A stretch of 64,000 bases of DNA from Paramecium tetraurelia (Eukaryota), in NCBI GenBank assembly GCA_000165425.1, contig CT868552.1:1-64000 (forward strand). The letters are read 5' to 3'. The notes beneath the pieces are model-generated. The model was not told the origin of the DNA. It saw nothing but the letters and a program-made list of their open reading frames with translations, and did no database searches. How positions within the stretch are numbered: the first letter of the stretch is position 1; the number at the start of each line of letters is the position of its first letter. Shown piece after piece: positions 55,641-64,000 of the stretch. The position numbers and the translations under genes are program-made.

Positions 55641-56521
55641 ATGAAATAAAACATGTCAAAATCAACTATGTAGGACACTAAAATCTCATATGATGCTCCT
55701 CCTTTGGATTTTTCCAATCTGAATATCAAATCTTTGGCTGATTTAAAACATGCTGTGCCCAAGCAAGGCAAACGTAAGTAGGCCCCAATAGATGAACAGA
55801 AGGAAGATAAAAAGAAGGAGAAGCAGCAATAACAGCAATAAGAAAATGAGAATATTCAAGTGCAACAGAACCAACAGCAGGAACAAGAAGACGAAGATAA
55901 GTTAGAAGGGGACGAGAAAGAGAGAGAGAAGCGGGAGTTGCAGAGATAGAAGGACGAGAAATTGACACCAGTAATTGTTCGTACAATTGGATAACCTGTC
56001 TAATAATCGACCAATGTATACAAGCCAACAATTGATGAAAAAAAATAAACAAAGAAGCAATTTTAAGTACAATTAATTCAATGTTCTTTGATCCTAAGTT
56101 ACAATAAATTGACATCCTTGCATAACTTTTACAATATCATTGATCAAATCATGATTAATTGTAAACAGTTGCAGTGGATTGATCTATCGCACAATATGAT
56201 TGAAAGTCTGGACTATGTAATTGATATTATTATAAACAGAATTTTGCTGAATTGCCAAATGTAAAAGCATTGTACTTGCATGCAAACAAATTGAAGGACA
56301 TTATGGAATTCGATAAATTGCAGTGTTTGACAGAATTGAGGACTTTGACTGTTCATGGAAATCCCTTTGATGCCATTCCAAATTTTAGATTGTATGTAAT
56401 TGGATTGTTGCCTACCTTGAAAAAATTGGATAGTGTGTTGATATCTAAAAAGGAATTAGACAATGCCAATGTATGGAGAAATACGTTTAGAATGATTAAA
56501 CCACCTATAATTAAAATATGA
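55641..56521 (+). CDS. LRRC51-like leucine-rich repeat protein
   Basis: APPLDFSNLNI, LQWIDLSHN, LYLHANKL and LRTLTVHGNPF...FRLYVIGLLPTLKKLD. One intron at ~56217-56240; TGA at 56519-56521. Start is 55641 or 55653. Confidence 0.8.
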
Positions 56522-58550
56522 AACTTAATCTCGAAATTTTAAATTACGATAATCCACTATCTAACTTCTTAGTTAAAATCAAGTACGGCACTCAAGTTCA
56601 TTAAACTGCTGTAGGAAACAATTGGAATCAGAAGTTCACTCTTGAAGTCAAGAAGACTGTCGATTTAAAAGTGGAAGTATGGTAGAAAGATGAGGAATTT
56701 CATTTGATAGGAGAATCCATAGTTCCAAAATTAGTATAGATCCATCATCTTGACATTGTAGGACAGGGCAAAAAGGAGGGAGTTCTAGTTGTGGAATACA
56801 AGGAAGTAGAGCTTCAGAATCCTAAAGTCAATCAGAAATTAGAGAAGCCTTAATTTTTAATCAAGAGATTGAATGAATCCTTGAACACAGAAGTTCAATA
56901 ACCCTATGGAAATATCTAAGAGTATTTCGCATAATAATTTGAGAATCACGAGTTGAGTCATCAATCGAAATCAACAGCTTCAAATTTAATAATGGAATCA
57001 TTAGAAAGGACCATGAAAGGACTATAGATCAATGGGAATCAATATCATTTTGATGATTATGATTAAAAGAACGTTATTGAGCAGACTAAAATTAAAGCAC
57101 TTTAGAAAGAACTTATTAAAAAGGATCTGTAAAAATATGAAAAGAGCAGAAGAGAGGTGAATTTATAAATACTTGATTTGGATGATATGGATTTAAGATT
57201 TGAATAATAAGAACAGAAACAATAGATTTTGGCTTTGAGAAAAGAACTAGTATAAAAGTTACTGTATATTGAAGAAAAAATTGAACATTTAAAAAGACAT
57301 TTGAAATTGGATTAGTTGAATAAACATGCATCATAACCTATTATGAACAGTATGGCAGAATTGAGTTAGATTAGTATGTATAGAGAACCAATTGTTAAGT
57401 CTGAAGTGGATCCTTTGAAGGAATAACAGAGACAAGAATTTATTAAGAAATAGATGAAAGAATGGAACGAATTATAGGAGTAGAGATTAAAGCAGATTGA
57501 AATTCAAAAAGAAAAAATATAAAAGACTGAAGACAAAATAAGAAAGTAATAAGTACTCATTTAGGAGGCGAAGACCAAGGAAAAAAGAGAGGAGATAGAA
57601 TAAAGATTGAATAAGTTGAAGGAGAAATAGAAACAAAGAGAATAAGACTTATAAGAATAAAACAAGAGGTACTTGGAAAAGAAGAAATAGCATCATCTCG
57701 CTGAGAAGTATGCCCAATAGGATGCTGCATATATGATGTCGTTGTAAGATGAGAGGAAAAATAAATTGAAAGAGATGAGGAATCCTGAATTTAATATTTA
57801 AGAGATTATGCAATTTGATAAAAAGATTAAGGAACTTAGAAAAGAGAAAGCAGCAGTCAGGCAAAAAGAGTGGGATGAACGGGAAAAGCAGTGGAATAAG
57901 TTTTAGGCACAATATTATTCAGAGAGTTATAAGAGGGCAAGACAGTACTATAAAGAATAAGATTTAAAAGTGGATGAATCTAAAATTAAGGCTTAGGAAC
58001 GACTCAATCTCCTTAGATCTTATGATAATGAGGTGAAATAGAGATATCAACCTCATGTTTCTTAAGAAAAGAGATCAGAAATTGAGGAAAACATCAGAAA
58101 ACTCAAATATGAACCAGATTTTAAGAAATACAGGGAATTATCTGAGAAGGTTAAAGAAAAACACATATATTTTGGAGTAGAACAGAAGGATTAATCAGGA
58201 AATAAGAAGGTGAAACTAAAACCGTTAGAAAACATCCCTACTCCTATATCACCTAAACGCATAGGGGATTTCTATTTAAGAGAACATGCGACTTACAACA
58301 AGAAGCACATTCCACCTATACCGAGACCCCCAGAACCACCTAAATCAAGCTAATCAGAATAGAAATTAGTTATTAAAGATTATTTGAAAGAGCAGAGGAT
58401 CAAAAAGTAGTTGATAGAATAATAATCAGTAACTATTTTGTATATAAATCATAGGTGAAAAAAATGAACTAAACTTCAGGATTGGAAAATGATGATTAGA
58501 AGATGATTATGCAAATTAAAAAGTAATTGGAAAAATTGGATCACATTTGA
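56518..58550 (+). CDS. C2-like domain plus long coiled-coil protein
   Basis: ATG 56518; MKLNLEIL...FLVKIKYGTQVHQT...NWNQKFTLEV...LKVEVWQKDEEFHLIGE is C2-like. E/K/Q-rich heptads follow; one 3' intron; TGA at 58548-58550. Confidence 0.78.
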
Positions 58551-58760
58551 GATTGTTAATTATTATTATTCTCATAAAGTTATAAATTATTAAATTACTT
58601 TTTTAAGAATAGTTAAGATTTTTATTTTTTATTCCAAAATAAATAAAATTAGGGGAAGGGAGGGATACCAAGATTAAAAAAATAAATAAATGATCATACA
58701 TATCTTAAATTTTTGTAAATTATTTTTATTTTAATAAATTATTCAGGTCATAACTAATCG

Positions 58761-59252
58761 ATGGACGAAGAGAAAAAATAATATAGTAAAATCAACAAAG
58801 AGATTAGACAAGAAATTATTGATAAAATCTGTATATAAAAAAAACCATTGTTAGAGGTATTTCCTTAATTTTAAATATTTAAAAAGGTTGCTTAAGAATA
58901 CTCGTTATTGGCATCTACGTGTAAGTCTATCGTTAATACTTATATGAAAGAAGGCAGAGTTGGGAAAAAAGAATCAAGAATTCGTAAATTAAAAAAAGTA
59001 GTAACAACATACCACATTATTTTAAATCCTCTATAACCACTACTCTCTCAAGTGTAAATATAAAAAAATGTTGAAAACTGTGTAGAGCAATCATAAAAAA
59101 GTCGAGTTGAAACAGATGAGGCTTAAGAAGAGAATAAATAAGAATTACAATCTTTAGATTTGTCGATTCAATAGTGGACTCAATCCTTATTAAGCTAAAT
59201 CCAATCATTAAACCAATAGTATAAGGATCCCTAATTTATTCGTTAAAATTGA
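58761..59252 (+). CDS. Small homeodomain-like HTH protein
   Basis: YSKINKEIRQEIIDKICIQKKPLLEVAQEYSLLASTCKSIVNTYMKEGRVGKK. 30-nt intron at 58857-58886; TGA at 59250-59252. Confidence 0.75.
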
Positions 59253-59354
59253 AATGATTAATATAGATTACATTATGCATTTATATATATTGATTATTAA
59301 TATTTATATATAAACTTCTGTTGTTATTCTTAAATGATTAAAATATTCTACATT

Positions 59355-61504
59355 TCATATATCTCTCCAGTGAACCTTCATGCATTTGATTGTTTCAAAA
59401 TAATTTCCTTGAGTTTCCATCCAAAATTGTTCAAGAGTGTTCTAAGAAAACTCATCACATTTCCACATTCCTGTTTGAATTCCATACTCACAGAATGATC
59501 TAAACATGTCCAAAGGTGCTCCATTCAATTTAATACCATATTTCTAAGGTAAGAGTACATGTTTGGGTTGGAAATCGTGTTAAAATAATTTGAAAATAGA
59601 GGAAGCAGTAATTTTAGTACCATTTTTAATTTTGTGTCCATCAAAGTGCATAAACAATCGAGGTAATGACATATGATATGGTGGTACATGTCCCTTTAAA
59701 TAATTAATGACTTAGAAATACCCTTAGATCTTTATCAGATTCATAACGAAAAGATGGTATTTGTGATGGTCTATAGAACCAGTTAATACCATCAACAGCT
59801 ACTAATACTTTGTACTTGTCAGTATTGTACAATTGTTCCATCACTTCATAGACAGCATTGGTTGCATAATGAGCATTTGAGATGCCATAATCAATGATTT
59901 CATGTAAATATTGTGGTTTAGGAATTTTCAATGTAATTCTTGCAGACATGATTTAATCTTGTGCTTCTTCGAAATCTCTTTCTTCTTGTGTTGTGAATTT
60001 CTCAAAGTCCTTGAAGTGATACCCTCTTCTTTCATCATACAAATTGGGACAAGGATCAGGATCATCATCATGAACACCACTCAAATTGAATTTGCCATAA
60101 AGACTCAAATCAACTTAAAAGGTCTCCAAATGCACTTGATTAGCTTCTTTGAATTGTTCTAACCATTCCTATGCTGCCTTTGGTTGCATATACAATCCAG
60201 TTTTAAAATGTCTCTTGGTCTCATATTTCAATGAAGTCCAACTATAATTTATTGGTATAAATTAATACTTATATCCAGATGGAACTACTGCTACTATCCA
60301 TCCAGTTTATTAGGCAAACATAATTGCTTACATTAACACACCTGATTTACCAGCTCCATGATCTCCATGGAAAAGCAAATTACTTGAATATCCATAGTAT
60401 TATTCCTAATATTGATAAGACAATCATACCCCAAATCTATTTTCAATCAATGATTTTGGAACTGGGAATGGATTATTTACATATTTTGTGAGATCCAAAG
60501 TGAAATCTTAAAACTACAATGTTTTCACTGTTGAAAATAATAGTTCAGGCATAGAAGCATTGGCTTATTGTTGATCTATCTTTTCCAATAATTAATCAAC
60601 AAGAGACTTAAAGAATTCCTTTCTTTACTCTGGAGTTCTTAATTATTAAATTAATTCCCAATGATTCAATATGACAGTCAAGAGAGCATCAAAATTGACA
60701 CTGGTTGCAAAGATTCTTTGGAATATTTCATTGTTTCTATGTTTTTTAAGTTCATCATTAAAGTCTCCTTTCAAGACATTGAACATTATTATGAAATATC
60801 CTTCTTTGTGGAAATTATCTTTGGATAACTTTTTATATTAGAATATTTGTGGTATTCTTATGCTTGAATCCACATAATCCATTGTTTTGAAACCCACATC
60901 AGTCATCATAAGAGAGAAATTTTTGGACAATTCAATGAGGTTTTTTTGGAAATCCCCTGGTGATAGGAATTTAAAAGTCTTCTTAAATAACTCATAATTC
61001 AAAGGGATCCATTTTCCGATTTATATTGGATTCAAATCCAACCAATCTTTTAAAAACAATTTTGCCTTTTCTCTTGGCATATTGCTCTTAGTGTTATCAT
61101 CAAGATCTTTGATAGAAAGAGGATCTGGTTGTTAAGCTAATTATTCAACTTGTTTTCTGATGTAAGCCTAAGGAATTATGATGGATTTTACTTGTGTAAT
61201 TGACTCTCTTACTACAGGATCTACCTTTTGAAATACTTTATCAAGCAAATCCAATTCGACTGATTATTCAAGAGCAGGCAATACTTCATAAGTATATCTT
61301 TTGAATAGATCAACTTGATTCACTCTTTTTGGTGCTAAAACTCCAGATTCTTTTTCAACTTATTCTGGCATTGAAAAATAAGGTTTTGTTTGATAAAACT
61401 TGGTTGTAGTAACTTTAGCCTATTAATAATGTTTCAATTTTAGTTTCTTGAATGCTTCAGATGCAGCTAACTAAAATTACTGTAATCATAATACTTACCT
61501 TCAT
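59355..61504 (-). CDS. DAP3: Mitochondrial small-subunit ribosomal protein mS29/DAP3 family
   Basis: P-loop LLFHGDHGAGKSGVLMQAIMFAQQTGWIVAVVPSG and KYKVLVAVDGINWFY; basic presequence-like N-terminus. TGA at 59355-59357. Confidence 0.8.
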
Positions 61505-61533
61505 AACTAAAATTTATTTTATTAATATAACTA

Positions 61534-63766
61534 ATGAATAGTACACATATTTCTCACTAATTATGCTCATTGATCTTCAAGAACACAGCCTCCAAGACTA
61601 CAATCTAAGGTACAATTTAAGCATAATCACAATAGACCTCTATCTGAATCAAATTTTAGTTAACAATGTTAGTATTTGGTTTTATCTAATTGGATGCTCA
61701 ATCTCTCTAATTTTGGATACCTTTTTATTTGTAGTCTTTTTATATAAAAATCAATTGAGACAAAGTCCAGGAGACATTTTTTTGGGTAGTTTCGTATTTG
61801 AAATCATAATGGCAATACAGTGGTATATAATTGCAGTTTCCTCTTATGAAGATAAACCCTTGGCTAATAACTCCTTGGAATGTTAATTTACAGCCGCATT
61901 AACATTGATATCACGTAATAATATCTGACCTATGATTCATTTAGACCTAGGATAGTACTTTTATATATTGGCTTTTTTCTATTTTCTTACAAGATAAGTG
62001 AAAACAAGTTTCAAGGCAAAAAATAACATCCAATGGTTAATCCACTTGGGAGTCATCATACTGACATTAATAACATGTGTGATTGTGTTTTCTTTGAATT
62101 TGACAGGCAAAAACGTTGATGGGAAATGCTCTATAGTTACATCTCTCTTAGCGGAGTAAATTAAATAATTTTACTTAGTTATGTCATTACCTTAGGATAT
62201 ACATTGACAATTTTAATCTACATTTCAATTGGCGGATATTCGATCTACTATATCAAGAAGAATATCCCAAATTAATATAAGGAGAGAGCACAAAAATTCC
62301 TGAAATTCAGTATTATCTACTTCCTGACCTACCTCATTCTGATATTCGCAGCATAATTGGTTGAATTATTAGCTAGTTTGAGTTGTACTTATCAATGGAA
62401 CATGAACTTGAATGCCATGTACGACACAGCAGCATTTTTTGATATCATGATATTAATACTTTTACCTATTATTAGAGTAAATGATCCTTATACTAAAAGA
62501 ATATTGCTCAAGATGTTTGGGTATGGACAGAAACAAAAATAAATAATTGAAGAGAATGAACTTGAATTGTCGAAACACAATAGCAGTGTTGATTAGGATC
62601 TGAGTATTTTGACTAGTGGTATTTCGTAGATTCGATAATCTGAATTAATTATCAATAGAGAGAAATCTCAAACAGACGATAATCCTTTTGTTAGTGTTCT
62701 GCAAAATAAAAAGAGAGGATAAATTATGTGCAAAATGATAGCAGGACTTCAAATTGATTAGTATTCTAAATACAATTCATTGGAGGTTGAGATCATCAAT
62801 CAAAAATCTGATAACATCTACGAGGAAAGAAAGATTTACAAATTCAATAATGATTAAATCATTACTACCATGCCTTATAATTTGTGTTAAGATTTTGTGT
62901 CTTTGGTAGAAGACTTCCCACAAATCAAAGTAGTTTCCTACACTCCAATTATATTTCATGCTATTATGAATAGAGAGAAGGAGAAATTGAACATCTACGA
63001 GTCTCTTGATATCAACAATAATTTTGAGAAGATTACGAATGCCAGTAAGAATGAAGGTGGAAAGTCAGGCTAGTTTTTCTTCTATTCCCAAGACAACCAA
63101 TTGATTATCAAGACTGTCACTCAACAAGAATTGAAAATCATCCTAACTATGCTGAAAAATTACTTTTAGTATATATTATCCAATCCAAATACTTTGATCG
63201 CTAAAATCTATGGTGTCTACACATTTGAATAGGAAAACCAAAAGAATATCAACATTATTGTTATGAGAAATATTGCTCAGACTTCAAACACATTTAGAAT
63301 CTACGATCTAAAAGGTTCTAGTTATGACAGGGAAGTTGCTAAAAAAGATACGAATCTATAAAAAGTTGTACTCAAAGACTTGGATTTCTTGAATATTGAA
63401 AAATATTTATATATCTCCTAAGAAGATGCCAGCTTAATTGCAGAAAATGCTATAAAAGATTCGAATTTCTTTAAGTCTCAAGGATTGATTGATTATTCCT
63501 TAATTGTTTTCAAGATTCTAAATGAGCAAAATCCAGATCTTATTCCCAAGAAGAAGGCCAATATATTTATGTGTGATGATGTTAGGTATAGATATCACAT
63601 TGGAATCATCGATTATTTATAGGAGTATAATGTGCAGAAGCAATTTGAGAAGTATACCAAAAAGATTATTAAACTCAATTAGAATTTGGATACTAGTTCA
63701 CAAGACCCTAAAATATACGCCAATAGATTCTAATAGTTCATAAGAAGAATTACCAAAATTGAATGA
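61534..63766 (+). CDS. GPCR-like multi-TM domain fused to phosphatidylinositol-phosphate kinase (GPCR-PIPK)
   Basis: About 7 hydrophobic segments at 61660-62480, followed by PIPK motifs GGKSGQFFFYSQDNQLIIKT, IYDLKGS, LIDYSLIVF and GIIDYLQEYN. TGA at 63764-63766. Confidence 0.88.
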
Positions 63767-63806
63767 TATTATTTTATACTTTCATTATAAAATTTATTGT
63801 TAAATT

Positions 63807-64000
63807 ATGAATACTAATTGTTTGGACTTAATGGATTTACTCGATCTAAACCAAACAGAATCGAATACCATTCTATTAGAAAACTACTCACAACATCAAA
63901 AGATTCCATCCCGCAACACCTCCATGGCTCCCACAAACAAAACTATATCTACCAGATTATATTCCTAAGTGAGTTCCAGAAAATAAACTTAAGAAACTGG
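63807..64000 (+). CDS. 5' end of an uncharacterised gene (runs out of the window)
   Basis: ATG 63807 (or 63831). The frame MNTNCLDLMDLLDLNQTESNTILLENY... stays open to the window end. Confidence 0.55.

Overview
AT-rich ciliate macronuclear DNA, almost certainly Paramecium (probably aurelia complex). TAA/TAG read as Gln, TGA is the only stop, introns are about 20-30 nt GT..AG, and intergenic spaces are very short. The supplied standard-code ORF track is therefore fragmentary or spurious, and genes were re-read by eye in the ciliate code. The left ~11.8 kb is a rearranged, decaying zone: the 3' end of a WD40 gene with near-identical 126-nt repeats, Cys-rich surface-protein remnants, a 3.1-kb inverted pseudogene copy of the WD40 region of the large NACHT gene at 35-48 kb, and a damaged PH/permuted-papain gene fused to that copy. 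The rest is a compact gene array: a polyQ coiled-coil protein, MFSD1-like transporter, PME-1, transportin-3-like, CK1, an apparently inactive RTEL1-like helicase, two HTH proteins, a trichocyst matrix protein, an LRR protein, a Sec7 ARF-GEF, a ~4,195-aa apparently intronless NACHT-pentapeptide-WD40 (NLR-like) protein, a Sel1-CaaX protein, a CTD phosphatase, Rab2-like, a kinase, LRRC51-like, a C2/coiled-coil protein, DAP3/mS29 and a GPCR-PIPK. The best candidate for an undescribed system is the NLR-like gene. Its leader ends in a ubiquitin-type LRGG followed directly by a cryptic myristoylation/palmitoylation motif (GCGQSK), and it shares a near-identical patch with its pseudogene copy. All family calls come from motif recognition by eye; no database searches were run.
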